A stretch of 64,000 bases of DNA. Source: an uncultured Gemmatimonadaceae bacterium. Its GTDB lineage: Bacteria; Gemmatimonadota; Gemmatimonadetes; Gemmatimonadales; Gemmatimonadaceae. Shown here piece by piece: positions 17,853 to 27,965 of the stretch. The notes under the pieces are model-generated. The model worked only from the letters and a program-made list of their open reading frames with translations. It was not told the DNA's origin and made no database searches. Position 1 is the first letter of the stretch. Each line of letters starts with the position of its first letter. The DNA lies in assembly GCA_963843845.1 (NCBI GenBank), contig CAWJMB010000002.1, forward strand, positions 672,001 to 736,000, read 5' to 3'. Position numbers and translations under genes: made by a program.

Positions 17853-20609
17853 CTAAGCGGCCGGACCCCGGGGGGCGCGGTCGGCGCCGTGCTCCGCGCT
17901 GCGCGCACGGCGCCGCGTGCGCGGCGAGGCGGCGACGCGCAGCTCGGCGTCGAGTGCCGGGTTGAAGTTCACGGTGTAGGCGCGCAGCACGCGCAGCTCG
18001 TCCCACGACAGCGCCTCGCTCGACTCGACGAGGCGGCGGAGCGCGAGCGGCTCGTGGTCGAAGCGGATGCACTTCGCGGGGTCGAGGCTCGGCGCGATGG
18101 CCTGGTGCAGCCACTGGAGCGGAGGCGTCGGGTCCGACGCGTCCGGGGCACCGTACGTGTCGAGATGCACGAGCATCGTGCGCGTGGCGTACGGCCACTG
18201 GGCGCACAGCGTCAGCCAGCGTACGGTCGCCGCCGGGTCGTCGAGGATCGTGCGGTTCTTCGCCAGCTCGGCCAGCGATCGAACGAGGGCGTAGACGTTC
18301 ACGAGGCGCTTCACGTGGCGCGGGTTCGGCCGCAGCACCGTCGCGACCGCGCGGAACGCTTCGAGCTCGTCGTGGGTGAACGAGAAGGCGACCGGGGGCG
18401 CCGGTGGCTGGCGCAACAGCTCCGCGACGACGTCGACCGTCTGGCCCAGCACGAACCCTGTGCCGGGGGCGACGGCGCCGAGCACCGCGTTGACGCCATC
18501 GAGGGTCTCGTGCGCCGTGCCGGCGAGCGAATCGACGACCTCGTCGGGCAGGTCGATCGGCTTCGACCGGGGAGTGCCGGCGGCGAGGTCCGGGTTCGCC
18601 GTGCGCACCAGCTTCCGCAGCGCGTCGAGCGAGAGTCTCGGCGCGGGCGCTCGGGCCGCGGGTGCGGCCCCGGGCGTCGTCGCGCGCCCGGGGACACCGC
18701 CGCCGCCCCCACTCCGCTCCGGGGTCGGATCGCCGAGCTGCTTGCTGACGAACAGCGCGAGCTCGTCGCCAGTCGGCTCGGGGATGCGGAACGGGATCTG
18801 GATGATCTTGTCGAGATACTCGTAGCCGGTGACGCCGGCCGGGCCCAGCAGCTCCTCGTAGTGCTTCTCGACGGCGGCCGTGACGACGCGCGCGTCGATG
18901 CCCAGCACGACGACGAAGCTGCGGCGGTCGAGGAGCTGGTTGATCGCCTGCAGCACTTCGACGGCCTTGTTCGGCTCGCAGCGATCGAGGTCGTCGATCG
19001 TGATGAGAATGCGGCTGCCTTCGGCCGCGAGCTGGCGATCGACGAGGTCGAGGTCGGCGCGCACCGCCCGCACGAAGTCGCTCTCGGCGCCGTAGCCCGG
19101 GCCGTCGTCGAGGAGTGCGGTGACCCAGCCGCCGAGCGGCGTGAACACCGTGTCGACGATCAGCTTGAGCGCCGCGGCGATCGCGCCGACGAGCGCCGGG
19201 ACCGAGAACTTGTCGTCGGCGAGGTCGATCCCGAACGCGCGCTCGGCGAACGTCTCGGCTGCCGCGGGGCGCAGGTGCTCGAACCCCCACCAGAGCCCGG
19301 CGCCGACGACGAGCATCGCGAGGAGCGACTTCCAGTCGGCTCTGAGCTTGCGCGTGAAGTTGCGCCTGAACTTGCGCCCGACCTGCCGCATCCAGCCGGT
19401 CGGCGTCCACTGCGCGTTGCGCGTGACGCTGTCGAGCACGCGGCGCACGAGTCGTGGCCAGATGTGGTCCGCGGCGTTGTACTCCCACGCGTTGAACGAC
19501 ACGGAGTAGACATACGCGCGCGTGACCGGCTTCTCCTTGCGAACGAAGGTGTCGCGCAGCCAGCGCGCGAACTGCGTGCGGCGCGACGGCCGGAGCGCGC
19601 TGGCGCGGCGCGCGATCTCGTCGGTGAGGTGGCGGAGCAGAAACGACTTGCCCGAGCCCCACGCGCCGAAGATGCCGATCGTGAGCGGCGGGCGCGTGTC
19701 GGGCGAATCGATGAGGTTCGCGAACGCCTGGACGTAGTGCGAGAAGTTGAGTCGGTCGTCGCCCTCGGCCTGATCGTTCGCGGCGCCGCCGCCGGTACCG
19801 CTGCGTGCGCGATTCGCGTCGTCGGGCGCGGGCGCCGCGGGCGCCGCTGGCGCCGGTGGCGCCGGTGGCGCGGGCGTCAGGCGCTCGAACGTCGTGCGTG
19901 GCGGCTCGCCGAGGAGCGCCTCGACGGCGCGGGTGCGCGATCGTGCGGACTCGAGCGAGATCGCGCGGCTCGAGACCTCGGTCGCGATCGCGGAGATGAT
20001 CTGCGTGCCGATGATGCCGCGCTCCGCGTCGAACGCCTGCGCGACGTGACAGTCCCGCACGCCGAGCACGCCGGCGAGCAGGACGGGTGCGGTGATCCGA
20101 CCCGCCTGGGGCGCATCGTCCGGCACCCAGCCGACGACCGCCGCCGCGGCGGAGAGCGCGAGTGCCGCGTGCTCCGAGAGCGGCGGCATCGTCGCGATCG
20201 GACGGGCGGCGGGGAGCACGAGCGCCGGGCGCATCGCGCTGCCACTCGTCGGCGTGACGGCGGGGAGACGCAGCTCGAGGGCGGCCATGCGCTCGCGGAA
20301 GACGTCGACGGAGATCGACGCCGCCTCGAACGTCGCCGTCTGGTGACCGGCGTCCGCGTAGAGGGCGCTCATCAGATGCTCGACGTGCACCTCGTCGTGC
20401 GTGCCGAGCTCGCGCCGCAGTGCGTCCGCGACGCCGACCGCCGTGCGCGCCGAGACGCTGAGCGAGCCGACGAGCGTCTGGAGCGCGGACGGATCGAGCT
20501 CGCGCACGACGAGCGGCGTGCCGGCGCCCGGCGCGTCGCCGAGCGCGTTCAGCGCCGTCCGGGTCGCGTTCGGGATCGCGTCGCTCGGGTCGGTCAGCTC
20601 CTGCACCAC
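17853..20609 (-). CDS. KAP family P-loop NTPase with N-terminal Clp_N-like repeats and internal TM helices
   Basis: TIGIFGAWGSGKS (Walker A), FNAWEY, IDDLDRC (Walker B), YLDKIIQIPF, NPRHVKRLVN. Confidence 0.85.
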   Translation of the reverse strand: MVQELTDPSDAIPNATRTALNALGDAPGAGTPLVVRELDPSALQTLVGSLSVSARTAVGVADALRRELGTHDEVHVEHLMSALYADAGHQTATFEAASISVDVFRERMAALELRLPAVTPTSGSAMRPALVLPAARPIATMPPLSEHAALALSAAAAVVGWVPDDAPQAGRITAPVLLAGVLGVRDCHVAQAFDAERGIIGTQIISAIATEVSSRAISLESARSRTRAVEALLGEPPRTTFERLTPAPPAPPAPAAPAAPAPDDANRARSGTGGGAANDQAEGDDRLNFSHYVQAFANLIDSPDTRPPLTIGIFGAWGSGKSFLLRHLTDEIARRASALRPSRRTQFARWLRDTFVRKEKPVTRAYVYSVSFNAWEYNAADHIWPRLVRRVLDSVTRNAQWTPTGWMRQVGRKFRRNFTRKLRADWKSLLAMLVVGAGLWWGFEHLRPAAAETFAERAFGIDLADDKFSVPALVGAIAAALKLIVDTVFTPLGGWVTALLDDGPGYGAESDFVRAVRADLDLVDRQLAAEGSRILITIDDLDRCEPNKAVEVLQAINQLLDRRSFVVVLGIDARVVTAAVEKHYEELLGPAGVTGYEYLDKIIQIPFRIPEPTGDELALFVSKQLGDPTPERSGGGGGVPGRATTPGAAPAARAPAPRLSLDALRKLVRTANPDLAAGTPRSKPIDLPDEVVDSLAGTAHETLDGVNAVLGAVAPGTGFVLGQTVDVVAELLRQPPAPPVAFSFTHDELEAFRAVATVLRPNPRHVKRLVNVYALVRSLAELAKNRTILDDPAATVRWLTLCAQWPYATRTMLVHLDTYGAPDASDPTPPLQWLHQAIAPSLDPAKCIRFDHEPLALRRLVESSEALSWDELRVLRAYTVNFNPALDAELRVAASPRTRRRARSAEHGADRAPRGPAA

Positions 20610-20848
20610 TCGTCACCTCGACTCGTCACCTCGGAACGTGGCAGCCGGCGTACATCGTGAACCGGCGTCGCTCGTCACGCTAGCGGCGCAGGGCGTCGAT
20701 CGCGACGTCGCCACGGCACGGTGAATGCCTGATGGGGGCGTGCCGGCGACAGTTTCCGGCGCCCCAGCCCGTCGAGCAGGTCGCTCGGCGGGCGACGACG
20801 ACAGGCCGCAGCCGTACCGTCGCTTCATCAGGAGCATTGGAGACCACC

Positions 20849-21712
20849 ATGACGCTTCGCATTCGATTCGCACGTGCTGCCGGCGCGACCCTCGCGCTGT
20901 CGCTCGTCGCCACCGCCGCGTCGGCGCAGACCGACACGACCCGCATCCCGGTTCGCAAAGATCGGCCGGCCACGCCGACGACGCCGACCCCGGTGCGCAA
21001 GGACACGCCGGCCCAGACGCCTGCGCCGACCCCGGCCCCGATGGCGCCGGCGCCGACCATGATGGACACGACCACGACCACGACGACCACGACGACCACG
21101 AGCACGACGATGAGCACCCCCGAGGCGCAGCCGATGCCGATGGCGCGCTCGTATCGCTTCGGGAACGGCGTGTATCTCGGACTCGGCGGCGGCGTGACCT
21201 CGCCGCGCGGGGGCGTCGCGCGGCGCGTGCTGGAAGGCGGCTCCAACTACAACGCCACCGCGTCGGTCGGGTGGGACCCGCAGGACTTCCCGCTCGGCCT
21301 GCGCTTCGACGTGACCTACAACAACTTCAACGGCGGCACGTTCGGCACGCCGGGGAACACGCGGAACTACGACAACTCGAACGCGTTCGCGGCGCTCGCC
21401 CAGGGCAAGTTCCGCCTGCCGTTCGGCCGCCTGCTCGGCTCGACGAGCGGGTTCTACGCGGTCGGCGGCGGCGGCGTGCACCACATCCGCAACTTCCAGA
21501 AGTTCGCGCAGGTGGCGCGCGTGACGACGAACGATGCGAGCATCGACGTGCGGCGCGACAACGTCACGCGCCTCGGCGTGAACGGGGGTGCGGGCTTCGC
21601 GTTCGGCATCGGCAAGACGGAGCTGTTCGTCGAGAGCCGCTACGTGCGGGTCTTCGCGCCGGGCCGCAACATCGACTACGTGCCGTTCACGCTCGGCATC
21701 AACATCTTCTGA
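20849..21712 (+). CDS. Outer-membrane beta-barrel protein with Pro/Thr-rich N-terminal linker
   Basis: Signal peptide, poly-Thr tract, amphipathic strands, GGAGFAF, FVESRY, terminal Phe. Confidence 0.75.
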   Translation: MTLRIRFARAAGATLALSLVATAASAQTDTTRIPVRKDRPATPTTPTPVRKDTPAQTPAPTPAPMAPAPTMMDTTTTTTTTTTTSTTMSTPEAQPMPMARSYRFGNGVYLGLGGGVTSPRGGVARRVLEGGSNYNATASVGWDPQDFPLGLRFDVTYNNFNGGTFGTPGNTRNYDNSNAFAALAQGKFRLPFGRLLGSTSGFYAVGGGGVHHIRNFQKFAQVARVTTNDASIDVRRDNVTRLGVNGGAGFAFGIGKTELFVESRYVRVFAPGRNIDYVPFTLGINIF

Positions 21713-21910
21713 CGAGCGCCCGACGACGAGCTGCGCGCTGACGCCGCAGCCCGTCGCGACCGATCGGCGATCGCGACGACGACGCCCCGCGTCCTGGCTC
21801 AGTGCCAGGGCGCGGGGCGTTATCTTTCGCGGCTGATTCCGCGCCGCGCTCGCGCCCCGCGCGTGCGCTTCGCGCTCACGTTGCACGACGACACACGAGA
21901 CGTTCACACG

Positions 21911-23583
21911 ATGGCACCGCAGTTCATCTACGTCATGAAGGGCCTGCGCAAGGTGATCCCGCCCAACCGGATCATCCTCGACGACATCTGGCTCTCGTTC
22001 TATCCGGGCGCGAAGATCGGGGTGCTGGGTCCGAACGGCGCGGGCAAGAGCACGCTGCTCCGCATCATGGCCGGCGTCGACCAGGACTTTCAGGGCGAGG
22101 CGTGGGCGCACAAGGGAACGCGCGTCGGCTACCTGTCGCAGGAGCCGCAGCTGGACCCGACGAAGGACGTGCGCGGCAACGTGGAAGAGGCGCTGAAGGA
22201 GCAGCGCGCGAAGCTGACGCGCTTCAACGAGATCAGCGCCGCGTTCGCCGAGCCCGACGCCGACTTCGACCAGCTGCTCGCGGAGCAGGCGAAGGTGCAG
22301 GAGTACATCGACACGCACGACCTCTGGAACCTCGACAACAAGATCGAGATCGCGATGGACGCGCTGCGGCTGCCGCCCGGCGACGCGGACGTGACCACAC
22401 TCTCCGGCGGCGAGCGGCGGCGCGTGGCGCTGTGCCATGTCCTGCTCGAGGAGCCCGACATGCTGCTGCTCGACGAGCCGACGAACCACCTCGACGCGGA
22501 GTCGGTGGCGTGGCTCGAGAAGCACCTCGAGAGCTACCCGGGGACGGTCGTCGCGATCACGCACGACCGCTACTTCCTCGACAACGTCGCGAAGTGGATC
22601 CTCGAGCTCGACCGCGGGCGCGGCGTGCCGTACGAGGGGAACTACTCGGGGTGGCTGGAGCAGAAGCGGCAGCGGCTCGCGCAGGAGGAGAAGTCGGAGT
22701 CGGCGCGGCAGCGCACGCTGGCGCGCGAGCTGGAGTGGGTGCGCATGTCGCCGCGGGCGCGGCAGTCGAAGAGCAAGGCGCGGTTGCAGGCGTACGAGCA
22801 GCTGGCGAGCGAGCAGCAGCAGGAGAAGGTCGCGCAGAACGAGATCGTGATCCCGCCGGCGCCGCGGCTCGGCAACACCGTCGTCGAGACGCGAGCACGT
22901 GAAGAAGGGCTTCGGCGACAGGCTGCTCATCGACGACCTCACGTTCTCGCTGCCGAGGGCCGGCATCGTCGGGATCATCGGGCCGAACGGCGCCGGCAAG
23001 ACGACGTTCTTCAAGATGGTCGCCGGGCAGGAGCCGCCGGACGAGGGCGCGGTGCGGCTCGGCGAGACGGTGGTGCTCGGCTACGTCGACCAGAACCGCA
23101 CGCTGAACCCGACGAACACGGCGTGGCAGGAGATCAGCGGCGGCGTCGGACACGATCATGGTCGGCAAGAAGGAGATGAACACGCGGGCGTACCTGTCGT
23201 CGTTCAACTTCAAGGGCACCGATCAGCAGAAGAAGGTCGGCGACCTGTCGGGCGGCGAGCGGAACCGGCTGCACCTCGCGAAGACGCTGATGACGGGATC
23301 GAACCTGCTGCTGCTCGACGAGCCGACGAACGATCTCGACGTGGACACGCTGCGGGCGCTGGAGGAGGCGCTGCTCGACTTCAGCGGGTGCGCGGTGGTG
23401 ATCTCGCACGATCGGTGGTTCCTGGACCGCGTGGCGACGCACATCCTCGCGTTCGAGGGGAACAGCGAGGTGGTGTGGCACGAGGGGAACTACGGGTCGT
23501 ACATCGAGGATCTGCGGAAGCGGAAGGGGGCGGACGCGGACCAGCCGCACCGGGTCGCGTACAAGAAGCTGGTGCGCGCGTAG
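21911..23583 (+). CDS. ettA: Energy-dependent translational throttle protein EttA (ABC-F); two apparent frameshifts near 22890 and 23150
   Basis: [66 protein letters not shown]. Confidence 0.92.
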
Positions 23584-23658
23584 TTACGACGTTCGGCGCG
23601 GCGGACGCCGGAGCACGTTAGGCGCGACTACGGCGCGCAGATCGACCACCCGTGTCAA

Positions 23659-23691
23659 CGGCCCGGCCGACCCGCGAGGGTGGCCGGGCCG
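23659..23691 (+). terminator. Hairpin after ettA
   Basis: CGGCCCGGCC(g)ACCC-gcga-GGGTGGCCGGGCCG. Confidence 0.5.
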
Positions 23692-23765
23692 CTCGCTGGC
23701 ACAGGCGGAACGCACCCGGAGCGGACGCGTGGTCGGGACTGCCGCGGCGGCTAGATACCTTCACC

Positions 23766-23986
23766 ATGACCGCGCCCGACCGTCGCGCCGCGCGCCGCGC
23801 GGCCCCAGCCCGTGTCTTCCGACTCGGCGAGGAGCCCGGGGACGACGACCTCTCCGTGGTCACGACCGCCGAGCAGCGGCTCGAGATGGTGGCCGAGCTC
23901 TCCCGCCGCATGTGGGAGCTGACGGGCGCGCGACGCCGTCGTATGCGCGCGCGACGATCCCGGTCCGCGTGGTCCGGCGCGGCTGA
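23766..23986 (+). CDS. Small conserved hypothetical protein of the type that precedes nucleotidyltransferases (frameshift near 23928)
   Basis: RVFRLGEEPGDDDLS..TAEQRLEMVAELSRRMWELTG, continuing in a second frame as SYARATIPVRVVRRG. Confidence 0.55.
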
Positions 23987-23993
23987 TCGGCCG

Positions 23994-24083
23994 GTGACCG
24001 ACGACTGGTTCGACCTGCTCACGTCGATCAGCGGCATCCCGGACTTCGCGACGGCGTGGGCGGCGTCAGGTACCCGCGCCTAA
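23994..24083 (+). pseudogene. Internally deleted nucleotidyltransferase-like gene
   Basis: VTDDWFDLL fused directly to TSISGIPDFATAWAA, resembling the N-terminus and a late segment (IDLLTSISGVxF..AW) of this family as I recall it. Confidence 0.45.
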
Positions 24084-24169
24084 GCCGGTCACACGCTCAG
24101 GGTTCCGCGCCCGGAGCCTGACTCGCGTCGTCCGCCGGGGGGCCGGCCGACGCCCCGGCACGGCCGCGC

Positions 24170-24562
24170 TCACTCGAGCAGCGCACGCGCTCGCGCCAGC
24201 AGCTCCGCCACGACGGACGGCGGCAGAGCCGCCACCCGGCGAGCGTACCGCGCACGCCAGTCGAGGCATTTCACCTGGTCGGCGAACGCCACGCCCTGCA
24301 CCGGGCACTCGGGAGGGAGCGCGACCTCGAACGGGTACCCCTTCGCCTTCGTCGTCACCGGCACGCAGATCGCCCGCCCGGTCGGCGCGTTGTAGCTCGC
24401 CGGTGAGAGCACCACCGCCGGACGGCGGCCGGCCTGTTCGCGCCCCGCCTGCGGATCGAACTCGAGCCACACGACGTCCCCGCGGTCCGGCACCCACGTC
24501 TCCGGGGCCGCCGCGGCCGCCGTGGACCGCGGGCCCGGAGCGGACGGCGCCGGCGGCGTCAC
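24170..24562 (-). CDS. mazF: MazF/PemK family endoribonuclease toxin
   Basis: PDRGDVVWLEFDPQAGREQAGRRPAVVLSP, VPVTTKAKGYPFEV, DQVKCLDW; GTGA overlap with mazE. Confidence 0.93.
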   Translation of the reverse strand: MTPPAPSAPGPRSTAAAAAPETWVPDRGDVVWLEFDPQAGREQAGRRPAVVLSPASYNAPTGRAICVPVTTKAKGYPFEVALPPECPVQGVAFADQVKCLDWRARYARRVAALPPSVVAELLARARALLE

Positions 24563-24789
24563 CACTGCTCGCCGCCGCGGGGCGCGCCGCCGTCATCGAG
24601 GTCGGGCAGGTTCGCGGGGGTGATCCCGGCCACCAGCTCGGCCAGCGAGAGCACGGGCACGATCACGAGCTGCCCCTCGCGGATCGTCACCTCCACCTCC
24701 GCCCCCTCGTGCAGGCGCGCGTCCACGGCGAGCGCGCTCGGGATTCGCACCCCGAGGCTGTTGCCCCACTTTCGCACCCTCGTCCGCAT
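24559..24789 (-). CDS. mazE: MazE/AbrB family antitoxin
   Basis: MRTRVRKWGNSLGVRIP...LAELVAGITP...GGEQW. Confidence 0.92.
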   Translation of the reverse strand: MRTRVRKWGNSLGVRIPSALAVDARLHEGAEVEVTIREGQLVIVPVLSLAELVAGITPANLPDLDDGGAPRGGEQW

Positions 24790-24807
24790 CGGCAGCTCCG
24801 GTCGGGT

Positions 24808-24822
24808 ATACACATAGTGTAT
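24808..24822. promoter_or_regulatory. Putative mazEF operator palindrome
   Basis: ATACAC-ata-GTGTAT just upstream of mazE. Confidence 0.6.
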
Positions 24823-24962
24823 CCTGCCAGCCGATGGTTTGCCAGACGCGGGCCGGCGGCCGAACGTCCGGGCGTTACCTGGTCCGTGCGTGCGACGGCG
24901 CGCTATGTTGGCGCGCCCGCCGCGTACCAGGCTCCGCCGCCCCGCCGTCCCCGCCCGCCCCC

Positions 24963-25074
24963 GTGACCGACCCCCTGCGCGACCAGCTCCAGACCAGGCT
25001 CGGCGCGAGCAACACGCTCGAGCGCGAGCTCGGCGGCGGCGGGATGAGTCGCGTGTTCGTCGCCGAGGAGGCGG
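24963..25074 (+). pseudogene. 5' fragment of a Ser/Thr protein kinase, cut off at the IS5 end
   Basis: VTDPLRDQLQTRLGASNTLERELGGGGMSRVFVAEEA closely matches the start of the kinase at 31620. Confidence 0.8.
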
Positions 25075-25077
25075 TAA

Positions 25078-25938
25078 AAGCCGCTACCGAAACCTGCTAC
25101 TTGCAGTGGACGCGTGTATGACGCCTCCACTCGTCGTCGACGAACTCTGGCAGATCACTGAGCCGCTGCCGCCGGTCGAACCGCCGAAGCCGAAGGGCGG
25201 CCGCCCCCGCCTCTCGGACCGGAAATGCTTGGCCGGGATTCTCTTCGTGTCAAGACCGGGCTGCCGTGGGAAGACCTTCCGCAGGAGCTGGGCTGCGGCT
25301 CGGGGATGACGTGCTGGCGGCGGCGGCGTGACTGGCAGGAGGCAGCAGGAGGCAGGCGCCTGGAGGGCGTTGCAGCACGCGCTGCTGAACCGCCTTCGTG
25401 ACGCCGACCGGATCGACTGGACGCGGGCCGCGGTCGACGCCTCGACGGTGGCCGCAAACAGGGGGGCGCGGCGACCGGGCCGAATCCGTCGGACCGCGGC
25501 AATCCGGGCATGAAGTGCCCTCTTGTGGTCGACCGCGGCGGTATCCCACTCGCCGAGTGCCTCACCGCGGCGAACGTCAACGAGGTCACCGTCCTCGCCG
25601 AGGTCCTCGACGCCGTCCCGCCGGTCGGCGGACGGGCCGGCCGGCCGCGGCGCCGGCCGGACAGGCTCCACGCCGACACAGGGTATCGCTCGCGGAAGAA
25701 CCAGCGGCTCCACCGCGCGCGCGGCATCCTGAGGCGCGCCGCCCGGCCGACGATCGAGTCGAGTGAGCGCCTGGGGAGGTACCGCTGGGTGGTCGAGCGG
25801 ACGTTCGCGTGGCTGAACCAGATGACGCGCCTCGTGATCCGCTACGCGCGCCGCGCCGACATCCACGACGCGCTCCCCACGTCCGGCGGCTCGGTGATCT
25901 GCTTTCGCTCTCCCGAGCCGACGTGGTGTCCGCGGCTC
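25078..25938 (+). mobile_element. Degenerate IS5-family insertion sequence (split orfA/orfB transposase)
   Basis: DELW..PKPKGGRPRLSDR, WEDLPQELGCGSGMTCWRR, IDWTRAAVD, LHADTGY, RWVVERTFAWL; imperfect ends AAGCCGC/GCGGCTC each flanked by TAA. Confidence 0.85.
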
Positions 25939-25997
25939 TAAGGGCGAGCGATGCATGCCCGAAAAGGCCACCCCGCGATCACCAAGATCGCGGGAGA

Positions 25998-26021
25998 CCC
26001 CAATTCTCCCCGCCGTTGACA
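25998..26021 (-). mobile_element. Possible orphan IS21-like terminal repeat
   Basis: Reverse complement TGTCAACGGCGGGGAGAATTGGGG resembles IS21-family ends; no transposase nearby. Confidence 0.3.
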
Positions 26022-26268
26022 CGGACCACGTGGCCGCGCGCCCGCTCGCCTACCGTGCGGCGCGCCCGACCTGGGGGCGGCGCGAGCTCCTCGCGTAGCC
26101 GACGCGCCGGCACGCACGCGTCGCCTGGCCGGCAGCGAGCACCGTGAGCGAGTTGCGCGAGCGCTGCGGCCTGGTGCGCCCGCCGATACCCACTCCGCAG
26201 CACCGAGGTGACGCCACCAACCGGCATTGCGCACCGCCGCCCACAGGGATAGAATCTGCAACACATAT

Positions 26269-26285
26269 TTGTTTGTCACTAACAA
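26269..26285. promoter_or_regulatory. Putative MarR operator
   Basis: TTGTT-N7-AACAA in an AT-rich patch 10 bp before the MarR start. Confidence 0.5.
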
Positions 26286-26295
26286 TGGATGACGT

Positions 26296-26805
26296 GTGGG
26301 TCGTGTTCTCCAACGCCGGATCGGTGCTGCCCACCCCCTGCCGCCGGGCGAGGCGCTGGTGCTGGCCGTCACCGTGGCCGCGGGTGACCTCGGCGCGATG
26401 CTCGAGGACGTACTGGCCGATCACGGCATCACGCCCCGGCAGTACAACGCGCTCCGGATTCTCCGGGGCGCGGGTATGCAGGGCGTCGCGCACGGCGAGA
26501 TCGGGCGGCGCCTTCTCGCGCGAGCGCCGGACGTCACACGGCTGATGGACCAGCTTGTCGGCAGCGGGTGGGCGGCCCGCGCCCGATCCGACGTCGATGC
26601 GCGGGTGGTGTTGCACCGGATCACGGACCGTGGCAGGGAGACGCTGGATACCGTGGCGGCACCGCTGGAAGAGCGCTACGAGTTGCTGCGGGCGCACCTG
26701 GGTGCACGGTCGTCCGAGGCTCTTGTGACACTTTGCGAGCAAATCATCGAGGCCGTAGCGACCCACCCGATAGCGACCGACGCTTCACCCCCCCCGCACC
26801 CATGA
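26296..26805 (+). CDS. MarR family transcriptional regulator
   Basis: HGITPRQYNALRILRG, PDVTRLMDQL, DARVVLHRITDRG. Confidence 0.88.
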   Translation: MGRVLQRRIGAAHPLPPGEALVLAVTVAAGDLGAMLEDVLADHGITPRQYNALRILRGAGMQGVAHGEIGRRLLARAPDVTRLMDQLVGSGWAARARSDVDARVVLHRITDRGRETLDTVAAPLEERYELLRAHLGARSSEALVTLCEQIIEAVATHPIATDASPPPHP

Positions 26806-26831
26806 GCCGAGTCCGCATGCGCGAAACGTTC

Positions 26832-27965
26832 ATGAAGCAGGCTTCCTCGATCCGCCGCGGGCCGACCGTTGCGACGCCCGGCGTCGCGAGGCGTCTCTCG
26901 GCCGCGCTGGTTCCGCCTCTGGGCCTCGCCTTCGTCGCGCTGGGTGGCACGAAGCTCCATGCCCAGGAGTGGATCGCGCGGCGATTCGCCGACTGGGGGC
27001 TCGCCCCCGCCTTCCTGGGCACCGCGGGCGCCATCGAGGTCGCACTCGGGCTGCTGCTCTTCTTCGGCCCGGCGCGACGCTTCGGCGCCGCCGGACTCGT
27101 CGTGTGGATGGCGGGCGCCATCTGGACGCATGCGCGGACAGGCGTGCCCGGCGAGGCAGTCGTACCCGCTGTATTGCTCGTGTGCTTCGGGGTCGTCGCG
27201 ACTCGCGAGTTCCGCCAGCATGGATGGAGCGTGCCGCGGCCGCCAGTCCCATTGCGAGCGCCGCCGACGCGACCGCTCGCGGGATTGCTGTTCGTCGTGC
27301 AGCTCGTGGGCGTCTCGTTCCTGATCCGCTGGGCCGTCGGCGGCAGTGTCTTCTGGGCGGCGCTCCCCGTGCTCGCGGTCGGACACGCCTGGACTGAGGC
27401 GGCGACGCGCGACGCGCGGCGGCTCGTCGACCTTGTCCTGCTCCATCTCCTCGTGCTGGGCGTGGGCGTCGGGAGCGTCTACGGATTCGTCGGCCACTAC
27501 TTCATGTCCGACGCGGTCGCGGCATCGGTGGGCTGGGCGACGGGAAGCCCCTTCCAGCGGGAGCTCGGGTTCTACCACCTGGGCTTCGGGATCAGTGGTC
27601 TACTCGCCCTCTGGCTGCGGGACGACTTCTGGCTCGCGGTGGGGCTGACCTGTTCGATCTTCCTCTACGGCGCGGGCTGGGTGCACCTTACCGAGTTCCT
27701 GGGGTCCGGCAACGTGGCGCCGCGGAACTGGGGGTTCGGGGTCGCGTTCGGGAACGTCGTCCTGCCGACCGTGATGCTCGCGCTCCTGGCGATTCGACTT
27801 CGTCTACGCCCGCACGACCCGGACGCCGGGACGCGATCCCGAGATGCTGTACGCGATTCCGTAGGTGATGCGAAGGCGCGCCCGCATGACCGCCGGGGCT
27901 CAGGCACTGGAACGGGCCCGTCGAGACGTACGCCCCTCCTCACACTCCACCCGAACGTCTCATGA
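26832..27965 (+). CDS. Membrane protein: DoxX-like domain fused to a DUF6790-like domain
   Basis: GGTKL..FADWG..GAIEVALG..MAGAIWTH; then GH..VAASVGW..SPFQRELG..H..GNVAPRNWG. Confidence 0.65.
   Translation: MKQASSIRRGPTVATPGVARRLSAALVPPLGLAFVALGGTKLHAQEWIARRFADWGLAPAFLGTAGAIEVALGLLLFFGPARRFGAAGLVVWMAGAIWTHARTGVPGEAVVPAVLLVCFGVVATREFRQHGWSVPRPPVPLRAPPTRPLAGLLFVVQLVGVSFLIRWAVGGSVFWAALPVLAVGHAWTEAATRDARRLVDLVLLHLLVLGVGVGSVYGFVGHYFMSDAVAASVGWATGSPFQRELGFYHLGFGISGLLALWLRDDFWLAVGLTCSIFLYGAGWVHLTEFLGSGNVAPRNWGFGVAFGNVVLPTVMLALLAIRLRLRPHDPDAGTRSRDAVRDSVGDAKARPHDRRGSGTGTGPSRRTPLLTLHPNVS

Noticed and set aside
23584..23623. GTTAGGC copies as integron attC/attI cores
   Set aside because: They match GTTRRRY, but most are inside CDSs, lack paired RYYYAAC hairpins at cassette spacing, and no IntI is present.
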